Virus record (IMG/VR): IMGVR_UViG_3300017716_002595
Location: 41,693-105,692 of that record
Reading direction: 5' to 3' (one strand)
Length of the DNA: 64,000 nt
Source: a virus
The notes beneath the pieces are model-generated. The model saw only the letters and a program-made list of their open reading frames with translations, did no database searches and was not told where the DNA came from. The position numbers and the translations under genes are program-made. Each line of letters starts with the position of its first letter. Within the stretch, counting starts at the first letter, position 1. Positions 27,750 to 38,546 of the stretch are shown here, one piece after another.

Positions 27750-29027
27750 ATGTCTAAAAAAAAGGTTTCCGATGAAACTATATTTGTGCAAATTGCATCG
27801 TATAGAGATCCTGAATTATTACCTACTTTAGAAAGTTGTATATCTAATGCTAAATACCCAGAAAACTTACGTTTCTGTATTGCTTGGCAACATTCTAAAG
27901 AAGATGAATGGGATACTTTAGACCAATATAAAAACGATCCTCGCTTTAATATATTAGATATAAACTACAAAGATGCAAAAGGCGTATGTTGGGCTAGAAA
28001 TAAACTTCAACGACAGTATAACGGAGAAAAATACACATTACAGTTGGATTCTCATCACCGATTCGATAAGAATTGGGATGAGACTCTAATTGATATGTTG
28101 AAAGGTCTTCAAGCTAAAGGTCATAAAAAACCATTATTAACTGCATATTTGCCTGGATATTTCCCTAAAAATGATCCTGAAGGTAGAAATATAGAAATAT
28201 GGCATACGAATTATGACAGATTTATGCCTGAGGGTCCTATATTCATTACTCCTGACTACGTACCAAATTGGAGAGACATTAAAGAACCAATACCTGCCAG
28301 ACTATACTCAGGACACTTTGCCTTTACTTTAGGTAGTTTCGTACATGAAGTACCACACGATCCTGATTTATATTTCCATGGAGAAGAAACATCAATAGCT
28401 GCTCGTGCTTATACACATGGGTATGACTTGTTTCATCCTCATATTCCTGTTATATGGCATGAATATACTAGAGAAGGAAAACAACGTCATTGGGATGATC
28501 ATCAATTTTCACCTTTAGATAAACGTTCATTTAAAAAATATCGAGCATTATTTGGTATAGATGATGAAAGCAGAGAAGATTTTGACTTTGTAGGATATGA
28601 TCTAGGAACTGAACGCACCTTAGCAGAATTTGAACATTATATAGGTGTTGATTTTAAAGGAAAACGTGTTCATATTTACACATCTCAACACAAATTACTA
28701 CCAGTACCATATACAACTGAAGAAGAATGGGAAGCTAATATGACTCGACGTTTTAAATATTGTATTAACGTTTATAAAGGTTCACTTACTGAAGAAGATT
28801 ATGATTGTTGGGTGATAGCCTTCAAGGATAAAAACGGTGTTGAAATTAATAGACAAGATGCTGATGCTGATGAAATCAAACGAATAAAACTTGGAAGTCC
28901 AGGACAATTTTATGATATTTGGCGAGAATTTGATTGTGTAGAATATCCAACAAGTTGGTTACTATGGCCTCACAGTCCATCTAAAGACTGGAATCACGAA
29001 ATAATACAAAACGAAATACCTTATTAA
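27750..29027 (+). CDS. GlcNAc-transferase (GT60 / Gnt1-like)
   Basis: IFVQIASYRDPEL, GVCWAR, QLDSHHRF, FHGEE..AARAYTHGYD. Confidence 0.82.
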   Translation: MSKKKVSDETIFVQIASYRDPELLPTLESCISNAKYPENLRFCIAWQHSKEDEWDTLDQYKNDPRFNILDINYKDAKGVCWARNKLQRQYNGEKYTLQLDSHHRFDKNWDETLIDMLKGLQAKGHKKPLLTAYLPGYFPKNDPEGRNIEIWHTNYDRFMPEGPIFITPDYVPNWRDIKEPIPARLYSGHFAFTLGSFVHEVPHDPDLYFHGEETSIAARAYTHGYDLFHPHIPVIWHEYTREGKQRHWDDHQFSPLDKRSFKKYRALFGIDDESREDFDFVGYDLGTERTLAEFEHYIGVDFKGKRVHIYTSQHKLLPVPYTTEEEWEANMTRRFKYCINVYKGSLTEEDYDCWVIAFKDKNGVEINRQDADADEIKRIKLGSPGQFYDIWREFDCVEYPTSWLLWPHSPSKDWNHEIIQNEIPY

Positions 29028-30313
29028 TGAAAAAAGCAGAAAACCGCAAAATATTCATTCATCTACCAGCGTATAGAGAACCTGAATTAATTCCTACAAT
29101 AGAATCTGCATTAAATAATGCAAAATATCCTAAAAGATTAGTATTCGGTATATGCCGTCAATACAATAATGAGGATGGATTTGATAATATTGATGCTTAC
29201 AGAAAAGACAAGCGCTTTAAAATTATTGATATACCATATACAGAAGCTAAAGGATTACCTTATGCTCGTTATCAAATCAATACTTTAATTACAAATGAAG
29301 ACTACATTTGTCAATTAGATTCTCACCATAGATTCGCACAAGATTGGGACGTTACATTAATTGAAATGCATGATCAATTAAAAGCTAAAGGACATAAAAA
29401 ACCTATACTAGCTGCTTATTTACCTTACTATAATCCATTTAATGATCCTACAGAGCGTACTATGGAACCTTGGCAACAAACATTTGCCTCATTTTACCCA
29501 CATGGAACAATATTCATTAGACCAGGATTATTACATGGATGGCAAGATATGATAGAACCAGCACCGTCAAGATTCTTATCAGGACATTTCTGTTTTGCTG
29601 ATAGTCATTGGGCTAAAACTGTTCTTCATGATGCTGATATATACTTTAGTGGTGAAGAATTAAATTTAACTGTACGTTCATATACTCACGGTTATGATAT
29701 GTTCCATCCACATAAATTAGTTGTATGGCATGCTACAATGCGTGAAGAACGAGATGGTATTTTAGTATGGGATGATCAATCTAAACGTGGAGAAGATTGG
29801 TGGACTCAGCAAAATATAGCTAGAGCTAAAATTAGACAATTACTTCAAACAGAAGATAATGGATTTAATTTAACTGGTTATGATTTAGGAACTGAGCGTA
29901 CATTAAAAGATTATGAGAAATATGCTGGTATTCATTTTAAGAAACGTGCAGTACAACGATATACATTAGAAAATCAGTACCCACCAAATCCATTTATTGA
30001 AGATGATCAAGAATGGGAAGATTCATTTATGTTCTCATTTTATCATTTATTACAATTTAATAAAACTACTTTTAAACATACAGATTATGATTTTTGGGTT
30101 GTAGCATTTGATGATGAAAATGGAAATGAAATATGGAGAGAAGATTATAATGAGCATCAAATTAAACAAATAATGAGTCTTCAAGGAGATTGGTATAATG
30201 AAGAAAAATTCTTCTTAACAGATAGAGTACCAACAAAATGGGTTATTTGGGCTCATAGTAAATCTCAAGAATGGGCAGAACGAATAGAAGGACCAGTGAA
30301 TTATGGAAACTAA
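29027..30313 (+). CDS. GlcNAc-transferase (GT60-like), tandem paralog
   Basis: PAYREPEL, QLDSHHRF, FSGEE..TVRSYTHGYD. Confidence 0.82.
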   Translation: MKKAENRKIFIHLPAYREPELIPTIESALNNAKYPKRLVFGICRQYNNEDGFDNIDAYRKDKRFKIIDIPYTEAKGLPYARYQINTLITNEDYICQLDSHHRFAQDWDVTLIEMHDQLKAKGHKKPILAAYLPYYNPFNDPTERTMEPWQQTFASFYPHGTIFIRPGLLHGWQDMIEPAPSRFLSGHFCFADSHWAKTVLHDADIYFSGEELNLTVRSYTHGYDMFHPHKLVVWHATMREERDGILVWDDQSKRGEDWWTQQNIARAKIRQLLQTEDNGFNLTGYDLGTERTLKDYEKYAGIHFKKRAVQRYTLENQYPPNPFIEDDQEWEDSFMFSFYHLLQFNKTTFKHTDYDFWVVAFDDENGNEIWREDYNEHQIKQIMSLQGDWYNEEKFFLTDRVPTKWVIWAHSKSQEWAERIEGPVNYGN

Positions 30314-31220
30314 AATTGTAACATCATATTATCCATTTCACAATGGAGAGCCTTACTGGGGTCAATTAAATAGAGATAGATGGTACAAATACTCCTTAGC
30401 TACAATTTGTGGCTTGGGAGTAAATACTGTATGTTACACTGATCCTGAAGATAAAGGATATAATCAATTAGTAGAATTAAAAGAGAAATTTAATCTTAAA
30501 AATTTAACTATTAAAATATATAATATTGAAAATAATCCTTATCAAGATAGAGTACATACAATAAGAACAAACAAATCAGAATTATATAATAATCCTAAAA
30601 ATGTTAGATTTTATACTAGACCTACTGTTATATATTGGATGAAATATTCATTTTTAGAAATGGAATACGAAGCTAATACTCAACTGTATTGGATTGATGC
30701 TGGTTTATCTCATAGTGGATTATTTCCTTCTTCGGCCAATCAATATAGTGCCGAATCTGAGTTTGCTACGTTTTATGGAAATGAATATATGGCAAACGAG
30801 TATAAAGTATACAATTACAACAAAGCATTCACACTAGAAATATTAGACAAAATAAATGTGTATGCTGAGGATAAAATCATTAACTTACATAGACATTCAA
30901 CTGATGATAATTTACATGAATTTAATGAAAAATTAAATCTAGATACAAATTATGAATCTATCTACCCTATAGCAGGAATATTTGGAGGAAACTCAGATTT
31001 AATGCTACAATATATTAATAAATCTAAAGAAGTAATAGAACAAATACTTCAAGTAGATGAAATATGTACAGAACAGGAGATAATGGCTTACATAAATGCC
31101 ACTAATAAAGAATGGTTTAAAAATTGGTATTTTGATACTTTTTATCATGAAGATTGGAGTAACATATTCACACCAGGACAAATATCCTTTTCACATTTCT
31201 TTTTAAAACCTTTAACTTAA
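30303..31220 (+). CDS. HtrL/YibB-like (WlaTC) glycosyltransferase
   Basis: YWIDAGL, AGIFGG, CTEQEIM. Confidence 0.6.
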   Translation: METKIVTSYYPFHNGEPYWGQLNRDRWYKYSLATICGLGVNTVCYTDPEDKGYNQLVELKEKFNLKNLTIKIYNIENNPYQDRVHTIRTNKSELYNNPKNVRFYTRPTVIYWMKYSFLEMEYEANTQLYWIDAGLSHSGLFPSSANQYSAESEFATFYGNEYMANEYKVYNYNKAFTLEILDKINVYAEDKIINLHRHSTDDNLHEFNEKLNLDTNYESIYPIAGIFGGNSDLMLQYINKSKEVIEQILQVDEICTEQEIMAYINATNKEWFKNWYFDTFYHEDWSNIFTPGQISFSHFFLKPLT

Positions 31221-31221
31221 T

Positions 31222-32838
31222 ATGGCAAATATAGCTTTTTACGGTTCCCACAACGCCGCTTATGTTGTGGAAGAAAATAATGAGATACTCTTAGTATTGG
31301 AATTAGAAAGATTTCTTAATTATAAAAATAGTGGTTTAGCTCAATATAAATGTCCTAAAACAGAAGATTTATTATTTTATGCTCAATATATTCCTAAATG
31401 GATAATGGAAAAATTAAATATAACAGAATTTGAAAACTGTTATCATTTAAATACTGATGTTATTATATATGAAAAACATGATTTAGAAAAATATATACCT
31501 GCTAAAAATTACGTACATTGTTTACATCATGAAGGACATGCTGCTGGGTGTTTTTATCAATCTCCACATAATGAAATGTTAATTTTTTCATTTGATGGTG
31601 GAGGAAATGATGGAAAATTTAATGTATATCACTGTGTTAGAGGTGAATCACCAAGATTATTAGAATGTGTAACAAGTCCATTATCTGATAGTCCTCATAT
31701 TCATTATGATTTAGGATTTCCTTATATGATGTTAGGTCATTATCTTAAAGACATTAATTTTGAAGATTTAGGAACAGGTAATCTTGTATATCCTGGTAAA
31801 ATGATGGGTTTATCTTCATACGGTAAAGTAAAGAAAAAATGGTTACCTGCTTTTATGGATTTTTATAAAAGTAATCTTAATGGTTTAGATTTTCAACAAC
31901 ATGTAGATGAATTAGGAGAAAAAATAGGTGTTAAGTTTGATATAAATGATAGAATAGAAGGTAAGTTAGGTTGGGATATAGCAGCAACAACACAGAGAGC
32001 TTTTGAAGATAGCTTTTTAGAAGTAACACTACCATATATGAACCAGTATTCTGACTTACCAATTGGTATAACAGGAGGATGTGGTTTAAATATATTATTA
32101 AATACACGTTTAGTAACTGAGTTTAAGAGAGACGTATTTGTAGCTCCTGACCCAAATGATTGTGGCATTGCTTTAGGTATACTTTTAAACCATTTAAAAC
32201 CAGAAAAAGCATTTGATAGTACTTACTCAGGTACAACGCTCTTAGATCTAGATAATTTATCTTATTATATACAAAACAGTAATACTAGATTTTTATCTAG
32301 CTTTTTAGATCAAGATACATTAGTTAATGATTTAGCTGATGGAAAAATAGTAGGAGTAGCTAGAGGAAGATCAGAACATGGAGCTAGAGCTTTAGGAAAC
32401 AGAAGTATACTTTGTAACCCATCAATACCAGAAATGAAAGATGTTTTAAATGCTAAAGTAAAACATAGAGAATGGTATAGACCATTTGCCCCAGTAGTAC
32501 GTTTAGAAGATATATCTAAGTATTTTGAATGGGAAGGTGAATCTAGATGGATGAGTTTCTGCCCTACAGTAAAACCAGAATGGAGAAAAAAATTAGCAGC
32601 TATCACACATGTAGATAATACTGCACGAGTTCAAACTGTAACTCGTGAACAAAATGAATGGTTATACGATTTATTAACTAAATTTGAAGAAAAAACGGGT
32701 GTTGGGGTGTTATTAAATACATCATTTAATGTAGATGGAAAACCTATATTATCTACTTGTAAAGATGCTTTTACAATACTTGAAAAAACAGAGATGGATT
32801 GTTTAATTATAGAAGATTATTATTTTAAAAAATATTAA
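31222..32838 (+). CDS. Carbamoyltransferase (CmcH/NodU family)
   Basis: ELERF, HHEGHA, FDGGG, GKMMGL, GGCGLN, SEHGARALGNRS, RPFAP, NTSFN. Confidence 0.92.
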   Translation: MANIAFYGSHNAAYVVEENNEILLVLELERFLNYKNSGLAQYKCPKTEDLLFYAQYIPKWIMEKLNITEFENCYHLNTDVIIYEKHDLEKYIPAKNYVHCLHHEGHAAGCFYQSPHNEMLIFSFDGGGNDGKFNVYHCVRGESPRLLECVTSPLSDSPHIHYDLGFPYMMLGHYLKDINFEDLGTGNLVYPGKMMGLSSYGKVKKKWLPAFMDFYKSNLNGLDFQQHVDELGEKIGVKFDINDRIEGKLGWDIAATTQRAFEDSFLEVTLPYMNQYSDLPIGITGGCGLNILLNTRLVTEFKRDVFVAPDPNDCGIALGILLNHLKPEKAFDSTYSGTTLLDLDNLSYYIQNSNTRFLSSFLDQDTLVNDLADGKIVGVARGRSEHGARALGNRSILCNPSIPEMKDVLNAKVKHREWYRPFAPVVRLEDISKYFEWEGESRWMSFCPTVKPEWRKKLAAITHVDNTARVQTVTREQNEWLYDLLTKFEEKTGVGVLLNTSFNVDGKPILSTCKDAFTILEKTEMDCLIIEDYYFKKY

Positions 32839-32841
32839 AAA

Positions 32842-35139
32842 ATGGATTTATTTGAATTAGTAGAAAAATATGGTACTGATAAAACATTAAGTGGTTATAC
32901 TCACACTTATTCTGATTTATTTAAACCAATAAAAGACCAAGTAACAACAGTACTAGAAATAGGTTTAGGAACATTAAATCCAGAAATACCTAGCTCGTTT
33001 GCAGGAAATGTTCGACATTTTGATTTTTACAAACCAGGAGGATCATTACGTGTATGGCGAGATTATTTTTCTAAAGCTCAAGTATATGGTATTGATATAG
33101 CTAAAGATTGTATGTTTAGTGAAGAAAGAATTAAAACATTTTTATTTGATTCTTCTGAAAAAGAATATTGTGATTATTATTTAGACACTTTAGAATTTGA
33201 TATTATTATAGATGATGGAAATCACGATCCTAAATATCAAGTTAAAACATTAAGAAATTTATTCCCTAAATTAAAAGAAGGAGGAATATATGTTATTGAA
33301 GATTTAGGAGGATACCCAGGTACTGAAGAGTTATTAATTGAATATCGTGACGAATTTGAAGAATTAACTAAAGGGTATGATGTTGTAAATAAAGGAAATC
33401 ATATTGTTATACAAAAGACAAAAGTAGAAACAGTGGAAACAATAGAAATTGAAAATAAAGAATTAACAGTAGTTACAGGACTATGGGACATTAGTCGCGC
33501 AGGTAGAAGTTTTGAGCATTATATTGAAAATTTTAATAAATTTTTAGAAATGCCTGTAAATATGTTCATTTATGTTCCTAAAGATTTAGAACATTTAGTT
33601 TGGGCAAAACGTAGCAGATCAAATACTCATGTTAGAATATTTGAATTAGAAGATATTAAAAATAATTTTTATCAACAATTCTGGGATAAAACCCAAGAAA
33701 TCAGAACAAACCCAGAATGGCTTAATCAAGCAGGATGGTTAGCAGGTTCACCACAAGCATCAAATGAATGGTACAACCCAATTGTACAATCAAAAATGTT
33801 TATGCTGCATGATGCTAAACTACTAAATATGTTTGACACAGATTATTTTATATGGTTAGATGCAGGAATAACAAATACAGTATATGAAAAATACTTTACA
33901 GAAAATAAATGTTTAGATAAATTAATACCCCATTTAAATACATTTTTATTCTTAAGTTATCCATATCAAGCTGATAGTGAAATTCATGGATTTGATTTTA
34001 AAGCTATAAACAAATATGCTCGTGAAGAAGTAAAATATGTTTGTAGAGGTGGATTATTTGGTGGACATAAAGATTTCTTATCACAAGCCAATGGAACTTA
34101 TTATCATTTACTTCAAGATACATTAACATCTGGATTAATGGGAACCGAAGAATCATTATTTAGTATAATGGCTCATTTAGAACCACACATTTATAGAAGA
34201 TATGCTTTAGAGGGAAATGGTCTTATAGTTAAATTTGTTCAAGATTTGATAGAAGATAATGTAAGATTAGAAAATAATGGAGGTAGATCTCATGTATTAC
34301 CAAAAGGAATCTATAATGCAAATACTTCTAAAACATCTCTATACATGCTGACATTTAATTTCCCAGAACAAATAGAACATACTGTTACTACTTGGGAAGC
34401 TAATTCATCTGATTGGATGTCTAAACCTAGAAAAGTATTATTAGACAATTCAACTGATGAAAACGCCAGAGTAAAAAATCAAGAATTAGCTAAAAAATAT
34501 AATTTCGAATATATACCAATGGAAGGAAATGTAGGTATAAATGGTGGTAGATTATTCGCTGCTAAACATTTCCAAGAATCAGATAGTGATTATTATTTCT
34601 TCTTTGAAGATGATATGGGATTATATCCAAGTACAGAACAAGGATTCTGTAGAAATGGATTTAAAAATTATATTCCTAATTTATACAAAACTATTCATGA
34701 AATAATGGCTAAAGAAGACTTTGATTTTCTAAAACTATCATTTACTGAAGTTTATATGGATAATAATATTCAAGTATCTTGGTATAATGTGCCTCAATCT
34801 GTTAGAACATATATGTGGCCTGATTATGATCAACTACCAATAAGTGGTCTAGACCAGTATGCCCCTAGAACTAAATTTGATAAAATAGATGTTCATAATG
34901 AATTATCTTACATCTCAGGAGAAGTATATTATGCTAACTGGCCTATGATTGTAAATAAAAAAGGTAATCAAAAAATGTTTTTAGATACTCAGTGGGAACA
35001 TCCATTTGAACAAACTTGGATGAGTTACATGTTCCAAGAAACAGTTAAAGGAAATATAAAACCAGCAGTATTATTAGCTTCACCTGTACTTCATGATAGA
35101 ATAGTTTTTTATAAACCTGAAGAAAGACGTGAGAATTAA
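32842..35139 (+). CDS. Fusion: SAM methyltransferase + HtrL/YibB-like GT + GT2-like domain
   Basis: YGTDK, LEIG, IIDDGNH, YVIEDL; VVTGLWDI, WLDAG, GGLFGG, GTEES; FFEDD. Confidence 0.7.
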   Translation: MDLFELVEKYGTDKTLSGYTHTYSDLFKPIKDQVTTVLEIGLGTLNPEIPSSFAGNVRHFDFYKPGGSLRVWRDYFSKAQVYGIDIAKDCMFSEERIKTFLFDSSEKEYCDYYLDTLEFDIIIDDGNHDPKYQVKTLRNLFPKLKEGGIYVIEDLGGYPGTEELLIEYRDEFEELTKGYDVVNKGNHIVIQKTKVETVETIEIENKELTVVTGLWDISRAGRSFEHYIENFNKFLEMPVNMFIYVPKDLEHLVWAKRSRSNTHVRIFELEDIKNNFYQQFWDKTQEIRTNPEWLNQAGWLAGSPQASNEWYNPIVQSKMFMLHDAKLLNMFDTDYFIWLDAGITNTVYEKYFTENKCLDKLIPHLNTFLFLSYPYQADSEIHGFDFKAINKYAREEVKYVCRGGLFGGHKDFLSQANGTYYHLLQDTLTSGLMGTEESLFSIMAHLEPHIYRRYALEGNGLIVKFVQDLIEDNVRLENNGGRSHVLPKGIYNANTSKTSLYMLTFNFPEQIEHTVTTWEANSSDWMSKPRKVLLDNSTDENARVKNQELAKKYNFEYIPMEGNVGINGGRLFAAKHFQESDSDYYFFFEDDMGLYPSTEQGFCRNGFKNYIPNLYKTIHEIMAKEDFDFLKLSFTEVYMDNNIQVSWYNVPQSVRTYMWPDYDQLPISGLDQYAPRTKFDKIDVHNELSYISGEVYYANWPMIVNKKGNQKMFLDTQWEHPFEQTWMSYMFQETVKGNIKPAVLLASPVLHDRIVFYKPEERREN

Positions 35140-35159
35140 ATAAAAGGTTATTATATTTA
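35128..35159 (+). promoter_or_regulatory. Probable sigma70 promoter (degenerate -33)
   Basis: CGTGA-N19-TATATTTA upstream of polB. Confidence 0.45.
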
Positions 35160-35174
35160 CAAAAAATTAAAGTT

Positions 35175-37760
35175 ATGTACCAAAGTATCTATTATAATAG
35201 AACTACTAAACAATATCATGTGCGCGACGATAAAAAGGGATGGGTTACCTTCCCTTATCGTGCTACATGTTATATACCCAATGAGGGAGGTGAATATAAA
35301 ACATTAGATGGACAACGCGTATCTCCTACATTACAATATGGGTATAAAGACCCAAATGTATTTGAAAGTGATGTTGACAAATATACTAGAATACTAGTTG
35401 ATGCCTATTATGAGTCTGATGATGTTCCTACTTACCAAAATATAGTTTATTTAGATATTGAGTGTGAAATAGCAGGAGCACTTACTCAAGATAGTGTTCG
35501 TGATCCTCAAGGTAAAATAACTTCTATTGCTGTGTATGATAACACTACTAAAGAGTATTATTGTTATGTATTAGATGAAGCTAAAAAATTACCATCATCT
35601 AAAACAGATAACAAACATATTATATCTTGTACATCTGAAAAAGACTTATTATCCCAATTTCTTAATAAATGGGAAGAATTAGACCCAATAATTATATCCG
35701 GTTGGAACAGCGAATTCTTCGATATACCGTACTTATATCATAGGATCGCCAAGGTATTGGGAAAAGAAGAGGCCGTGCGTTTATCGCCGTTAAAACAAGT
35801 AGATAGCAATGAATTTTTAGGAGTTAAAACAACAACTATAGCTGGTTTAAATCATTTGGATTATATGTTACTATTTAAAAAATATGTAACAACTCAAGAA
35901 CCATCTTATGCCTTAGGAAACATAGGTGAAAAATATGTTAATTTAGGAAAAATAGAATACTTAGGTTCACTTGATAAATTATTCCAAGAAGATGTTCAAA
36001 AGTTCATTGATTACAACATTCGAGATGTTGAAATTATAATTGAACTAGAGAAAAAACTTAAATTTATCGATTTAACAGTTACTGTATGTCATTTATGTCA
36101 TGTTCCATATGATCAAATTTATATGTCAACTATGCTAAATGAAGGTGCTATTTTAACTTATTTAAAGCGTAAAGGTATAATATCACCAAATAAACCTACA
36201 ACCTATAATCCTGAATTACGAAACATTAAAGAAGAGTATGCTGGTGGATACTTAAAAGATCCTGTACCTGGTTTATATGAGTGGGTTATTGACTTAGATT
36301 TTACATCATTGTATCCTTCTATTATTAGATCCTTAAACATGGGTATTGAGACTTTAGTAGGTCGTATTGTAAATAGAGACAAATATGATAATCAGTGGTC
36401 ATTAAAAGAATTAAAACTACTAAACCCAGAAATGGATCTTACTATTGAAAAAGTAAATGAAAATAAAAGCATTACTAGATCAACTGTAAAAGTAAGTAAA
36501 ATAATAAAGTTTATTGAACAAGGAAACTACATAATATCAGCACCTGGGGTTATCTTCAGAAAAGATAAAGAAAGTGTAGTATGTGAAATATTAACTGACT
36601 GGTTTAATAAGAGAAGTGAATATAAAGCATTAATGAAAGATGCATTTAAAGTTAAAAAAGACCCAATATTAGGAGACTTTTATAATAGACGTCAACATGC
36701 CTATAAAATTAAATTAAATGATGTTTACGGATGTTATGCTATTAATGGTTGGAGATATACTGATGGTCATAAATTTATATCAAAAGCTATTACACTTACA
36801 GGACAACGCTTAATTCAAGAATCTATTAAACATGTGAATAAATGGATGAACAACCAAATTAATACAGAAGGTATAGATTACATTGTAACATCTGATACAG
36901 ATTCGCTTTTTATTCAAGTTAAAGATTTACTTAGACAAAGATATCCTGATCTAGATTTAAACAATAGAGAAGAAACAGTTAAGTATGTTTTAGAAATTGC
37001 TACTGAAGTACAACAAATTGCAAATGATAATTTACATAGTTTAGTAGTTGAATTATTTAATCTACATGATAGAGAACATTATTTCGATTTAAAACAAGAG
37101 GTTGTACTTGAACGAGGATATTTTGCAGGTAAAAGACGTTATGCTCAATTTATTGTAAATAAAGAAGGTGTTCCTGTAGAAGAACTAGATATTAAGGGAT
37201 TAGATTTGATGAAATCAAATTTTCCACCGTATTTCCGAAACTTTAGTAAACAACTACTTCAAGACATAATGTTTGGAAAACCTAAACCAGATATAGATAA
37301 ACAAATACTAGCATTTAGAGAAAGTATAGATACTGTAGATTGGAGATTACTGTTAAAACCTACAGGTTTAAAAAACATAGGAGGATACATTGCTTCTCCT
37401 CCTAAAGCCGGTGAAATATTCTCTAAATTAGGATTAAAATGTCCAATTAACACTAAATCGGCTATATATTACAATGATATATTACGTTTTAAAAAACTAG
37501 ATAAACAATACAATACATTTCAGATAGGAGATAAAATGTTTATAGCTTATTTAAAAGACAATCCATACAATATAGAAGTTATAGGTTTTAATGGATATGA
37601 CGATCCTCCATTTATTACTGAGTTTATAGAAAAATACCTAGACAAAACACAGTTATTTGATTCTGTGTTAAGGAATAAATTAGAAAGTTTATATGATGAT
37701 CTAAAATGGGGTAAACCTATCTTTAATAGTAATATAAATAAATTCTTTAAATTTGGATAA
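35175..37760 (+). CDS. Family B DNA polymerase
   Basis: LDIEC, GWNSEFFDIPY, YNIRD, DLDFTSLYPSII, KIKLNDVYG, SDTDS, KRRYA. Confidence 0.96.
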   Translation: MYQSIYYNRTTKQYHVRDDKKGWVTFPYRATCYIPNEGGEYKTLDGQRVSPTLQYGYKDPNVFESDVDKYTRILVDAYYESDDVPTYQNIVYLDIECEIAGALTQDSVRDPQGKITSIAVYDNTTKEYYCYVLDEAKKLPSSKTDNKHIISCTSEKDLLSQFLNKWEELDPIIISGWNSEFFDIPYLYHRIAKVLGKEEAVRLSPLKQVDSNEFLGVKTTTIAGLNHLDYMLLFKKYVTTQEPSYALGNIGEKYVNLGKIEYLGSLDKLFQEDVQKFIDYNIRDVEIIIELEKKLKFIDLTVTVCHLCHVPYDQIYMSTMLNEGAILTYLKRKGIISPNKPTTYNPELRNIKEEYAGGYLKDPVPGLYEWVIDLDFTSLYPSIIRSLNMGIETLVGRIVNRDKYDNQWSLKELKLLNPEMDLTIEKVNENKSITRSTVKVSKIIKFIEQGNYIISAPGVIFRKDKESVVCEILTDWFNKRSEYKALMKDAFKVKKDPILGDFYNRRQHAYKIKLNDVYGCYAINGWRYTDGHKFISKAITLTGQRLIQESIKHVNKWMNNQINTEGIDYIVTSDTDSLFIQVKDLLRQRYPDLDLNNREETVKYVLEIATEVQQIANDNLHSLVVELFNLHDREHYFDLKQEVVLERGYFAGKRRYAQFIVNKEGVPVEELDIKGLDLMKSNFPPYFRNFSKQLLQDIMFGKPKPDIDKQILAFRESIDTVDWRLLLKPTGLKNIGGYIASPPKAGEIFSKLGLKCPINTKSAIYYNDILRFKKLDKQYNTFQIGDKMFIAYLKDNPYNIEVIGFNGYDDPPFITEFIEKYLDKTQLFDSVLRNKLESLYDDLKWGKPIFNSNINKFFKFG

Positions 37761-37783
37761 CCAAAAAACAATTATTACATTTA
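37752..37783 (+). promoter_or_regulatory. Bacteroidota-type sigma70 promoter
   Basis: TTTGG-N19-TACATTTA. Confidence 0.7.
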
Positions 37784-37787
37784 AAAT

Positions 37788-38525
37788 ATGATTCAAAAAT
37801 TAGACTTAGTAGCAAGTATTGAAAAATATTACCTTGGAGGTATTATTGAAAGCGTTAAATGGAATGTGTCCGGAGGTAAATTACATACAAATTTTGTATC
37901 TCCTTATCAAGACTTAGTAGGACATATAGAATGTGATCTTAATATAGAAGATGGAACTATAGGTATATTTAATACTAGTGCTCTATTAAAAATGTTAAGC
38001 ATATTAGAACATGATATATTAGTTAATATAGAAACAACTCATAAAATTCCAACTAAACTACTTATTGAAGATTCTAATTTTTCTCTCCAATATACTTTAG
38101 CAGATCCATACATTATACCACCATCACCTTCTATTGATGAACCTGAATACAATACTGAGTTTGATATAGATGCTGAGTTTATTCTTAGATTTACCAAAGC
38201 TAAAAATGCTTTAGGTTCTAATACTAAAGACATAGTGCGAATAACTAATTTCGTTCATGAAGATGGAGTTAAACAAGCTAAATTTATATTAGGAGATCCT
38301 ACATCTCATTCAAATAAAGTAGAATTTACATGTGATGCTTCTTATGAAGTATTTCATAAAGAATTACTTACCTTTAATTCATCTCATATAAAAGAGATCC
38401 TATCAGTAAATAAAGAAAATATTCAAAGTGCTAAAGGATACATCAGTATGCAAGGGTTACTTAAATTAGAATTTATTACAGGAGTAGGAAAATCAGTATA
38501 TTACTTACCGGAATTAAAATTTTAA
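37788..38525 (+). CDS. Probable sliding clamp (gp45/PCNA-like)
   Basis: 245 aa, follows polB; GIFNTSALLKML, YTLADP.II, ISMQGLLKLEF...YYL. Confidence 0.65.
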   Translation: MIQKLDLVASIEKYYLGGIIESVKWNVSGGKLHTNFVSPYQDLVGHIECDLNIEDGTIGIFNTSALLKMLSILEHDILVNIETTHKIPTKLLIEDSNFSLQYTLADPYIIPPSPSIDEPEYNTEFDIDAEFILRFTKAKNALGSNTKDIVRITNFVHEDGVKQAKFILGDPTSHSNKVEFTCDASYEVFHKELLTFNSSHIKEILSVNKENIQSAKGYISMQGLLKLEFITGVGKSVYYLPELKF

Positions 38526-38546
38526 TATATTTATAATAAACAAAAG

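Noticed and set aside
9829-37760. Introns or inteins in nrdA, nrdB or polB
   Set aside because: The ORFs are uninterrupted, of normal length and without intein motifs.
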